DNA from: Octopus vulgaris
Lineage: Eukaryota
Reading direction: 5' to 3'
Length of the DNA: 64,000 nt
Assembly: GCA_951406725.2 (NCBI GenBank)
Contig: OX597828.1
Coordinates: 29,016,001 to 29,080,000 of the forward strand
Within the stretch, counting starts at the first letter, position 1. Every line of letters starts with the position of its first letter. Positions 24,331-36,279 of the stretch are shown piece after piece. A program made the position numbers and the translations under genes. A model generated the notes under the pieces. That model saw nothing but the letters and a program-made list of their open reading frames with translations. It was not told where the DNA came from and did not search any database.

Positions 24331-24743
24331 TTTACTCTTTTACTCTTTTACTCTTTTACTTGTTTCAGTCATTTGACTGTGGCCATGCTGGAGCACCGCC
24401 TTTAGTCGAGCAAATCGACCCCGGGACTTATTCTTTGTAAGCCCAGTACTTATTCTATCGGTCTCTTTTGCCGAACCGCTAAGTGATGGGGATGTAAACA
24501 AACCAGCATCGGTTGCCAAGCAATGCTAGGGGGACAAACACAGACACACAAACACACACACACACAAATATATATATATATATACGACGGGCTTTCAGTT
24601 TCCGTCTACCAAATCCACTCACAAGGCATTGGTCGGCCCGAGGCTATAGCAGAAGACACTTGCCCAAGGTGCCACGCAATGGGACTGAACCTGGAACCAT
24701 GTGGTTGGTTAGCAAGCTATTTACCATACAACCACTCCTGCGC
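24331..24743 (-). mobile_element. Full-length SINE family B, inverted partner of 23677-24090
   Basis: Reverse complement of the same family, 240 bp downstream. Confidence 0.9.
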
Positions 24744-24746
24744 TCC

Positions 24747-24802
24747 ATGGCTTATTTTTGATGGCTTATTTTTGATGGCTTATTTTTGATGGCTTATTTT
24801 TG
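24747..24802. repeat. 14-bp tandem repeat (ATGGCTTATTTTTG)x4
   Basis: Direct reading. Confidence 0.9.
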
Positions 24803-25907
24803 CTCTCAAAGGTCTTTCGTGGGCAAGCTTTTTCGAGAAGTGAGCCACATGAGACATGAATCATCAAACGGTCCGCAATACCAAAAAAAAAAAAAAAGAA
24901 AAAAATTCATGGTACTTTTTCGTCAGGCAAACCATTCAGAACGTCTCGCGGGTCGCAGTTTGCCCATGAGTTCTAGAAACTCACCAAAGCATTTAAAGTC
25001 ACTAAATTAAAAGTTGTTTTCTTCGCATCAAATTCGATACTTTTTTTTTCTTTCACTGCTACTTTTATTATAAGAGCTCAAGGTGCCGAGCAGGCGAGAT
25101 AGTTATTACTCTGGACGAAATGCTTTGCGGCGTATCTTCCGGCTTTAAGTTTTGCTTTCAAGTACTGTCGAGGTCGACTCTGATTTTCATCCTTTCGAGG
25201 TTGAGTAAACAAGAACCACTCAAGCGCTGGGGTCGATGTAATATACTAGGCTACCCCGACAGCCATCTCTCCCAAAATTTCAGGCATTGTGCCGATAGTA
25301 GAAAGGATTTTCAATAAAAGAGTTTTCGCAATTGATACTACAAATGGAGAAGGGTTCTATTTTACTTCAAGAATTTTGGAAGATTTTCAATACGAAGCAC
25401 GCAATTGAAAACACTCATTCGTTACATCCAGCGGCATGAAAGGGTGTCTGGAATGCATTTTTGCCTGAAAGGGCAAATAATTTTCTTGGCTTTGATCTTC
25501 TTTGCATTGGCCTGCAGAGACTCTCGCGTTGGTTGCATGGAGGGATATTTTAGAATTTGCCAAGAATCTAGAAAAGCACATTAAAACAGAGCTTGTTCCA
25601 GTTTCCAAAGCGTTTAATCGACTGATTTAACAATGAGTTTCCAGATCGTTGCAGGCTTTATTCTGCACGCCCATCCGCCGCCACCACCACCACCAGCAGC
25701 ACCAGCAGCAGCAGCAGCACCACCACCCAGCTGTTAATGGTACTAATTTTCTGCTGACTGAGCTGGTGGAACGAGGAATAAAGTGCTTTGCTCAATACGG
25801 TATCCACTCAGGGGATCGAAACCATGACCGTGCGAACCTGAGTCAAATACGCTAACCACTATTAATTTCTATATATATATAGATAAACTTAAACGTTCTT
25901 TACTTAC

Positions 25908-26056
25908 TTAATGAGTGTCAACTGGAGCATATTGCCTGCATTACTAATTAATTGGTGAGCTTGCATGTGAGTGAGGTTCTGCGTATTTGTGCTGCCAATA
26001 GCTAAGATCGCATCCCCACCGTGCAGTCTTCCTTGGGCTGGACTGTTAGGAACAAC
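25908..26056 (-). CDS. Internal exon encoding the C-terminal half of a PDLIM/Zasp (ALP/Enigma)-type PDZ domain
   Basis: atattttctgtctgttttcag| 149 nt |gtaagt. Translates VVPNSPAQGRLHGGDAILAIGSTNTQNLTHMQAHQLISNAGNMLQLTLI(K), fitting PDZ consensus V.P.SPA...L..GD.IL.I......TH..A...I..AG..L.L.L. Confidence 0.9.
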
Positions 26057-26337
26057 CTGAAAACAGACAGAAAATATTTTGAAAAATTTACTTTAAAAAA
26101 TACAATCTACTTTAAATATACATGTTGAATAAATTAACGTAGCACGAATACAAATACAATCTATTTTAAATATATTACTACATGTTGCATAAATTAAGAC
26201 TGTATAAATACAAATAAAATCTACATTGATTATATTAAGGCGGTGCTCCAGCATGGCCGCAGTCTGGTGACTGAAACAAGCGAAAGATAAAAAGTACTAG
26301 CAGAGAAACTGCCCTCCGGGCGGTTTTCTCCTTGTTA

Positions 26338-26705
26338 TCTCTATATATATAAACGGCAAAATGTCTGTCTGTGTGTGTGTCCTTTATACAAATCCACAAT
26401 TTTTCAGTTAAAGGGCTCGCACTTTCTATGATCATTCAAAACCGTCCAAGGGTGGTCGTGCACATCTTTACATTTCCCCAATCACCCGGCAGAGCCATTA
26501 AAAAATCAATAGAAGTGACTTTTTTGTGAATTTTCTATCCAAAACCCAATCAAAATGCCAGAAACTTGATACGCCAATTGAAAGCTTGCTAGCTGTATGT
26601 GGTTGGTCGTAGATTTGGACAGTACTCGCGTGTATGTGTGCACGCACGCATCTGTATATGCATGTACTAGCACTATGACCCGGCAACGCCAGGTCATAGT
26701 GCTAG
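26338..26705 (+). mobile_element. Non-autonomous Helitron, family H2 (copy 2)
   Basis: a|TCTCTATATATATAAACGGC..CTAGCACTATGACCCGGCAACGCCAGGTCATAGTGCTAG|t. Confidence 0.8.
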
Positions 26706-28251
26706 TTGAGTAATATTTGCACATTAGATTCCCAATTTGTGCTATTTTTCTATTTTACATCTAATTCTTCTTTGAATTCTTTATTCATTTAATAGTATTC
26801 ACTCGCTCAATAAGTTTAGGGCATATATACAGAAATGTGCCCCACCAAATTTGTTTCCTCATAGCTTTCAGAAAAATGAGTATTTTTAATGACATTTTCT
26901 ACAAATAGCTTTTAGATTACGATTATATAGGAATTTAATGTTGAAAAATGGAGCGGCTGTTTCCTGCATTACGACTTATTTAATTATGGTATATTGAAAA
27001 AAAAATTGTTTTGAGACTCATGTGGTCCCTGCTATTTCTAGCGTACGTAGAGAACGGACAAACTTTAAGTTTCTTTAAAAGAGAGAGATTGAAACTACGT
27101 TAAAATAATCCTTTCTACTGAAGGCACAAGACCAGAAATTTTGCGGGAGGGGACTACTACGATTACATCAACCCCAGTGTTTCTGGTACTTAATTTATCG
27201 ACCACGAAATGATGAAAGGCAAAATCGACCTCAGTGGGATTTGAACTCAGAACGTAAGGGCGGACGAAATGTCAGTAAGCATTTTGCCCGATTTGCCAAC
27301 GATTCTGCCAGCTCGCCGCCTTAACTGCGATAAAAATAATGAAAGAAATATGCATTCAATAACTAGCGCTAGCATTGTTCTCCTCTTTGGAGAAAGATTT
27401 CTTTCGGAAAACTTTCGGTAAAGGGTAGAAGAATCCTCAAAAGTATTTTTCCCAACATAATTGTAATAAAATCATTAAATCGCATGAGGAGAACAAAGTC
27501 GAAATGCGTGAAGTGTCCGCCTCTCCATTTTTTTCTTTACTGAAATTCCGGTGTAACTGTAATTTGTACCATCTAAACAGTTTTGAAAGAAATATAAAAT
27601 TTCATTCAAAACCAGCCATTTTCCTGAAAGTTATAAGGAGAAAAAATTGGCGGGTAGAGGTGTACACTTCTGTAGTTACGTCCAACTAACGTAAATAAAT
27701 CAAAGCTACTTTTCTTATTCAGTTTTTTTATATCTCTTCAACAACACTCTACTAATATGAAAGAATTCTGGAATCAGCATAATTGGTTGACGCTGGCTTA
27801 GATTCATAATTTGTTAAAAGTAGCATTGTAAATATTTGAGCAACCATATATTTCCAGAAGTATAAACAGACGTTGAAAAGCGCTTCTCTTCAGTAAACTG
27901 AAATACGCATTGAATAACATTTTTGATTCAAGTGTGTACTTGAAATATTCAATTATAAAGAAGTTACAAAACAGCATTTTGATAAAAAAAAAAAAATATA
28001 TATATATATATATATTTTAACTAGAATTTATAGAAAAAATTCCAGACAGTCTAGCCTTTAATAATTGCACTCTTTTAGTAAACGTTACATAATGCCAACT
28101 ATTTGATAAGCAGTTTTCTCAATTGTAATAAAGATAACTACATGTTGGATAAGTTAATGCGGCGTAAATATCATATAACTAAGTACGGTCATTCATAGAT
28201 ATCTTAGGTTTTATACCCTCAAGTCAAAACTACTGCTGCTGCTGCTACTAT

Positions 28252-28285
<34 letters not shown>

Positions 28286-29125
28286 GATGCTTCTACTGCT
28301 GTTGTTGCAGCTGTTGTTTAATATTTGGATGGACAAAAATTACTGGAGTGTCGACCAAACCATTGATATTTCTCATGATTCTTGACGACCTGAGTTCAAT
28401 CCGATCAAGGACGAAATTTGCTTTCAATCTTCCCAACCGTCACAATGTCAATATAAAATAAAGTGTGGGTAATCCCGTGCCTGTGTTACAAGCAATTATC
28501 CTCTTCCTACTCATCCACCTCCTCCTCCACCTCCTCTCCCTCCGTCATCGTCCTCACCACCATCACTACCATCACCATTAGCGTCATCATTACTATCCCC
28601 ACTGTGATGATGATGACAACGACAACAACGACGACGACGATGATGACGATGATCACCATCATCATTAGTTTACCATTTATGACAGAATATAAACGAATTC
28701 TTCAATTGTAATTATAAGCAACAATAAGCAACAGATTGTTCACCAATTAGGAGAAAAAAAGTAGACCGATTCCTACGATTCTAGAATTTCCTAGAGCAAT
28801 CAGCAACAGGTTGTTCAGCAGTTTAGATAGAAAGTTAACCGATTCCAGTCAATTGTAACAAAACCAACACAGTAAACCAATCCAATATACCAAAAGAAAA
28901 CAATTTCTAAAGCTAAAACAACAGCAACAACAATAGCAACACCAGCAAACAGTCAAAGAGTTGATGGTAAAATAGCAAACAGGTCGGTGGTGCGGTTGCG
29001 GTAATTTGAATCTCGAAAGATCTCAATTTATACGACGAACATTGCAAAAGTATAGCAGTGCAGTAGTGTTGCAGCATGACCAAAAATAGTTAAAGAATTA
29101 GATGAACACAGAAATAGTATATCCG

Positions 29126-29198
29126 CATCGCTGGTAGGATTCGAACCTATGATCTGTGGGTTGAAAGTCTAGCGCGCTTTCCCCTGCGCTACAGAAAT
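29126..29198 (-). pseudogene. tRNA pseudogene (Arg-TCT-like body, anticodon now reading TTC)
   Basis: 73 nt: ATTTCTG TA GCGC AGGGGAAA GCGC G CTAGA CTTTCAA CCCAC AGATC ATAGG TTCGAAT CCTAC CAGCGAT G. A/B boxes present; anticodon stem broken. Confidence 0.7.
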
Positions 29199-29227
29199 AT
29201 TTATTATTCAATTATTAAATTATCTCA

Positions 29228-29990
29228 AGGCGGCGAGCTGGCAGAAACGTTAGCACGCCGGGCGAAATGCTAGGCGGTATTTCGTCTGCCGTTACGTTCT
29301 GAGTTCAAATTCTGCCGAGGTCGACTTTGCCTTTCATCCTTTCGGGGTCGATTAAATAAGTACCAGTTACGCACTGGGGTCGATATAATTGATTTAATCC
29401 GTTTGTCTGTCCTTGTTTGTTCTCTCTGTGTTTAGCCCCCTGTGGGTACTAAAGAAATTGGTATTTCGTCTGCCGTTACGTTCTGAGTTCAAATTCCGCC
29501 GAGGTCGACTTTGCCTTTCATCCTTTCGGGGTCGATAAATTAAGTACCAGTTACGCACTGGGGTCGATGTAATCGACTTAATACCTATGTCTTTCCTTGT
29601 TTGTCCCCTCTGTGTTTAGCCCCTCGTGGGTAATAAAGAAATAGGTATTTCGTCTGCCGTTACGTTCTGAGTTCAAATTCCGCCGAGGTCGACTTTGCCT
29701 TTCATCCTTTCGGGGTCGATAAATTAAGTACCAGTTACGCACTGGGGTCGACATAATCGACTTAATCCGTTTGTCTGTCCTTGTTTGTCCTCTCTATGTT
29801 TAGCCCCTTGTGGGTAGTAAAGAAATAAATTTTACGTTCTGAGTTCAAATTCCGCTGTGGCCGACTTTGCTTTTCATCTTTTCGGGATCAATAAATTAAG
29901 TACCATTTGCGTACTGGGCTCGATCTAATCGACTGGCTCCCTCCCTTTAAAAACATTTCGGGCCTTGTGCCTAGAGTTGGAAAGAATATC
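29228..29990 (+). mobile_element. SINE family A tetramer (one head, four body modules)
   Basis: ~186-bp module repeated from ~29278, 29461, 29645 and partially from 29832. Confidence 0.9.
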
Positions 29991-31239
29991 TGAGAGACGG
30001 ACTTCCGCTCCCAGGTTTTGGTTTTTAAATGTCATCGATGCTTCTGTTACTGCCTTTTGTGCTTTTTTTGTTTTCACTTATATGCTGGATAAATCAATGG
30101 AGTTCAAATACAATTTTATTTTAAATATATTACTAAACGTTGCATAAATTAAGACGACATAAATACAAATAAAACCAGCATTATACTCTGTAGGGGTGTT
30201 GGCCCAACCGAAACCCATTATTATTTTGAAATTCTGGTTAGTAGTGGTCCATATTATTTTGACCTCTATCCTTTGACCTACGAGAAACTTACGCTCCACA
30301 AAGCTCTCAGGGTCATTGATACATATGAGCCATTACATCACATGAAGGACTGGACCTTATGGGGTGGGGGAACTTATTGGAGACAAAGAAAGCAGAACTG
30401 AGACTTGGAATATTTTTGATTATGAAGCTGTTTTTTCATGATTGATCTGGGATTAACATGAAGGATCTGAACATTGACACTGTCGTCTGAGAGAGAGAGA
30501 GGGGGAGAGAGAGAAATTATTGAGTAATATAGTCCTAGGCACACCATAGAAAGGCAGGATAGTCGCGATTGGAACATCATTGGTCACACAGTTGCTCAAG
30601 TGGTATTGATCTGAGTTTGAATATAATGAGCAATAACATGATAGGGGTGGATGGAAGTTGAACACGAACGTACAACTTGCTTGAAATAGGAGCCAACACA
30701 TCCTTGTATCACCATCTTTAAAAAAGAAAAGGTGAGGGCTCAGAGCATGCAAGAATATGTTATATTCACTTTTCGTTTAATTTTTGAGATGTCAGATTTT
30801 TCGCCGCACTTCGTAGTTCAGGTCATTAACATAATTCCTCGGCAATACTGGACTAAGCACCTCTTATTGGGAGATGCAGTCTCAGCTAAAATATCTTTGA
30901 CCGCAAGCATTCTCGTTCTTGTACACAAGAACAATCATTACAACATCAACGACAACAATAATTACAACAACAGTAGAAAGAAACACACTTGACTAATTTG
31001 TTCACGATTTCCAAATGATTCAGGCAAGAAGTGAAGCTTCTAGAACTCTCAGGAAATCTCTTTAAAGCTAAGGATTTATTTGTGAAAATGATTTAACCTA
31101 AATTTCAACCATGATATTCTATTTTTGGTAAATCAGTATTTTTTTTTTTTTTGCCAATTTTCCGGTAAACATTCAGCAAAGCATGTTAAGAGCAGATTCT
31201 TTACTCGCTTTACAATTGCGCTTGCTTTAGTCTATTTCA

Positions 31240-31262
31240 TCATTCTCGACGTCCTCATTCTT

Positions 31263-31314
<52 letters not shown>

Positions 31315-31460
31315 CCAACAACACCTACAACAACAATAATAACACCACTACTACCATTGCCGTTAACATCATCGTCATTTTTATCATCGTTATCATCACC
31401 ACCACCACCACATTCAACCACTGCAGCAGCTGCCGCCATCGCCGCCAGGGTCACCATCAC

Positions 31461-31510
<50 letters not shown>

Positions 31511-31605
31511 CCGTCATCGTCGTCGTCGTCGTCATCGCCTCTACGATCCTCGTTTTACTCATCATTATCGTTATCAAGATGAAACGCCATGATCCTTACT
31601 CTCCT

Positions 31606-31638
<33 letters not shown>

Positions 31639-31680
31639 CACCACCACTACTACTACTGCGCTGCTGCTGCTACCGCTGTA
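31240..31680. repeat. Compound trinucleotide microsatellite (CAT/CAC/CGT/TAC)
   Basis: Direct reading; source of spurious poly-I/H/D ORFs. Confidence 0.9.
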
Positions 31681-31893
31681 AGAGGGCGGTGGATTGACAG
31701 GCTCGCTCTGCATTTTACACACAAGCACAGTTCAATCTCAGTTAACAACATCAAGGAATTATCAGAAAAAGACATGATTCTCAGTTATTTCTCACCAGCC
31801 AAGGATCTTTTCTAACTGGCGTCTATGAATAATCTGAATTCATAGACTCATTCCTAAAACTGGTATATTATTATTATTATTATAATTATTATA

Positions 31894-31948
<55 letters not shown>

Positions 31949-32280
31949 GCTTTTCTTCTTTCTTTTTATTTCCATTTCTTGCCTAGTGTCTAAGGTGGCG
32001 AGCAGGCAGAAGGAGTTAGCACGCCAGAGAAAATGCTTAGCGGGATTTAGTCCGCCGTTACGATCTCAGTTCAAATTCCACCGAGGTTGACTTTACCTTT
32101 CATCCTTCCAGGGTCGGTAAAATAAAGTATACGGGTCAAATGTATAGACAGATAGAAAAAGAGATGGATGAGAGAGAGGTGTTACAATTTATTAACTGAA
32201 CACGATTGGCACAAACACTTTTCCTCTCCGGATAAACATAAGAAAATGTGTTTACATATATAAACAAAAAAGAAAGAGAA

Positions 32281-32326
<46 letters not shown>

Positions 32327-33041
32327 GGAAAACGAGAGAAAATATTAAAACGCCTGATTTCGAATAAGCCAGAGCCGAATCAGCGACGCCAGATAGGCAG
32401 AGCCAAAACGTCTCATATTGGGTTGGAAATTAGTGGCCATGACCTGTTAGAGAACCTTTAAGATTATATTGGAAGGAAGGAAGGAAGGAAGGGAGGGAAG
32501 GAGAGATGAAGGAAGGAAAGAAGGAAGGAAGGAAAGAAGGAGGGAAGGAAGGATAATGTCCTCAAGCCTGGCTTCAGTGTACGCTGCTAAAGGACGTTCA
32601 GGTGTCAAGTGGTTCATGTTAGATCGGACGACGGGACGGATTAAGAATACCACCCAAATGGGTCTGAACGTAAAGAACCGGAACAAATACTACAAGGCAC
32701 TTTGTTTGACATTTTTACAGTTCCATCAATCCACAGCGTTTGGATTCGTACCACTTTATCGATTTCGAAGAACGGATGAGAGGCAAAGTTGACATCGGCG
32801 AGATTTGAACTTAAAGCGCAGTAAGTCAGAACCAAATACAGTGCAGAATTCCGTCTGGCGCTCTACCGATACTCCTACTTCTCTGCCTGAGAACTGCTTC
32901 AATCAGCGATATCATTCCCCCGTTTCTATATTTATGGCCTGGCGCCAATATTATTATTATCTCTCACTAGTTCCATCTCATACCTGTGTTTCTGTGTGTG
33001 TGTGTGGTATCTGAGGGTGCTTGTGTATGTATATGGGTACT

Positions 33042-33096
<55 letters not shown>

Positions 33097-33320
33097 GTGT
33101 GTGCGCGAGGGCGTATGGGTAATGGTTAGAGTGTTCCCACTCACTATTGCAAGATCGTGGTTTCAATTCGTAGACTGGGTGGTGCGTTGTGTTCTTGAGC
33201 CAATCGCTTCATCTCCTGTTGCTCTGCGATCTCTTCGACACCTGATGAGTGGCACACCTGTGCACCTGCTTAGTCAACGTCACTTTGCTGGATATAGTGA
33301 GCTAATGTGCAGCACGGAAA

Positions 33321-33680
33321 GAGCTCGCAGAATCGTTAGCACGCCGGTTGAAATGCGTAGCCGTATTTGGTCTGCCGCTACGTTCTGAGTTCAAATTCCG
33401 CCGAGGTCGACTTTGCCTTTCATCCTTTCGGGGTCGAAAAGTTAAGAACCAGTTACGCACTGGGGTCGATATAATCGACTTAATCCGTTTGTCTGTCCTT
33501 GTTTGTCTCCTCTGTGTTTAGCCCCTTGTTACGTTCTGAGTTCAAATTCCGCCGAGGTCGACTTTGCCTTTCATCCTTTCGGGGTCGATAAATTAAGTAC
33601 CGGTTGTGTACTGGGGTCGATGTAATCGACTAACACCCTCCCTCAAAATTTTCAGGCCTTGTGCATAGAGTAGAAAAGAA
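33321..33680 (+). mobile_element. SINE family A dimer nested within an older family-C-like SINE
   Basis: Host SINE (33108-33320, resuming ~33680) flanks the dimer with a repeated aatgtgcag. Confidence 0.7.
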
Positions 33681-34026
33681 TGTGCAGTACAGACATTTGA
33701 TCCTTATAAACGAATCATTTGTGCAGGTCGTTCGACGGGAGAGTCCATCGTGTCTGTATATAAATATAAACTCCAGCTACAGTCTATCTCCTTAGTTATC
33801 TTCCCTTTTACTTTATATTCTTTTATTTTCTAATGAATATATTTCCATGGGTGTTTTCTTTTTACAGAGAACACACACACACTCAGAAGGAGAGAGAATT
33901 ATGCACACACGCCTTCTTCCCCATCTCCTCACTGCCTTTCATTTACGTATACATAGACGTTCCCCATTTTCTCATTAATACCATAAAAAAACCTCTCTAC
34001 TTACCAACCACACAGACACACACATA

Positions 34027-34059
<33 letters not shown>

Positions 34060-34637
34060 CCTTTTCTTTTCGCCGCACGTTTTATCTAACCTACTTACTA
34101 CGCTCTATTATTCCCAACTGAGTAAATTTCTGTTACTTTACTTTTATATCCGATAAACAGGCTAATAAATGTATCTTACTGAACCGAAGTTGTAGTGATT
34201 GCAGAAGCTACGCCATTCTCCAATGCGATCATTTAAAAAACATAGATTTTATTCGGTGGGGAAATGTGGTTTTTTATTTATTTACTCGTCAGGTGTGACT
34301 ACATGACTGGATGGAGTAAATGGTATTTCAAGCAAGTTGAATGTTCAGGTGTTAATAGTTAGCAGAGTTTTGGGTTGGGTTGGGTTGGGTTTGGTTAGGT
34401 TAGAGTTAATTGCGGTAATTATAAAGGAAAAATCGAGAGATTTCGGTTTAACTCTTTCAAGAAGTGCGCAACGAAACCATGTCATTTCCGGTTTCAATTT
34501 CACTGTGCAGCATTTTTAAGCATGCATCCATGTATCATCTTCTGCTATAGCCTAGGGTAGAATTTGGAAGACGGGAATTGTATGAAAGTCCGCTGTATAA
34601 ATACATACATACATACATACATACATACATACATACA

Positions 34638-34668
<31 letters not shown>

Positions 34669-35053
34669 GCACTTTTCTACTCTAGGCACAAGGCCCGAAA
34701 TTTTTTTTTTTGTGGTGGATTGGGGTAGTCGATTAGATTGACTACAGTACGCAACTAGTAGTTAATTTATCGACCCCGAAAGGATGAAAGGTAAAGTCGA
34801 CCTCGGCTGAATTTGAACTCAGAGCGTTTAGACATTCGCTATTAGAACTTGTTGCCGATGGTACAAACTAACGACTTAATTGAAGCCGTTTACATATATT
34901 TCTATGAAGTATTTCGATGTTAAGAAATATAGTGACAAAATGAGTTCCGACTCCTGAAATTTGTTCTCTTTTTATTAATCTTTATATTTCATGTTGCTCT
35001 ATCAATTAGGGCACTAATTTGTTGTTCTGTACATGGAGTTATTCTTCTTTCTA

Positions 35054-35117
<64 letters not shown>

Positions 35118-35859
35118 ATTCTTTTATTCTTTTATTTGTTTGTTTCAGTCATGCGGCCATGCTGGAGCACCACCTTTAGTCGAGCAAATCGCCCCCAGGA
35201 CTTATTCTTTGTAACCTAGTACTTAGTATCTAACGGCTTCGTTTGCCGAGCAGCTACGTTACGGGGGCGTAAACACACCAGCATCGGTTGTCTAGCGATA
35301 TTGGAAGACAAACACAGACACACACACACACACATATGTATACGACGGGCTTCTTTCACTCTCCATTTACCAAATCCACTCACAAGGCTTGCCCAAGGTA
35401 CCACGCAGTGCGACTGAACCCGGAACCATATGGTTGTGAATGAAGCTACTTACCACACAGTCACACACACACATATACACATAAAAGTTCACAGATGCCG
35501 GCCTGGCTGTGTGGTTAAGAATCTCGCTTTGCAACCAAGTTGTTTCGGGTTCAATCTCACTGCATAGATCCTTGGGTACATGCCTTTTACTCTACCCCTG
35601 GACTGACCATTGCCTTCTGAATTTGCTAGACGGAAACTCTTTCCGTCTACCAAATTTCTTCACGCGGCATTGGTCAGTCTAAGGTGCCGTGCAATGAGAC
35701 TTAATTGGAAACAACATGGCTGCAAAGCGAGATTTCCAACCACACAGCAATGCTTGTGCCTATGATTAGCCATGCCTACATTGTTTCGATTTATTTCTCG
35801 TTTTGTACATTATTCGCAACCTATTAGTCTGTCACAAGACCGATATTCATGCAATATTT

Positions 35860-36279
35860 CTTTCTTTCTTTATTACCTTCATGGGCCTAAGCCTAGAGGG
35901 GAGAAACAAGGACAGACAAACGGATTAAGTCGATTACATCGACCCCAGTGCGTAACTGATACTTAATTAATCGACCCCGAAAGGATGAAAGGCAAAGTCG
36001 ACCTCGGCGGAATTTGAACTCAGAACGTAATGGCAGACGAAATACCTATTTCTTTAGTACCCACAAGGGGCTAAACACAGAGAGGACAAACAATGACAGA
36101 CAAACGGATTAAGTTGATTATATTGATTCCAGTGCGTAACTGGCCCTTAATTTATCGACCTCAAAAGGATGAAAGGCAAAGTCGACCTCGGCGGAATTTG
36201 AACTCAGAACGTAACGGCAGACGAAATACGGCTACGCATTTCGCCCGGCGTGCTAACGAATCTGCCAGCTCGCTGCCCT
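35860..36279 (-). mobile_element. SINE family A dimer with TSD attcatgcaatatt
   Basis: TSD at ~35846 and ~36281 brackets the whole dimer; internal junction gaaatag|gtatttcg. Confidence 0.88.
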
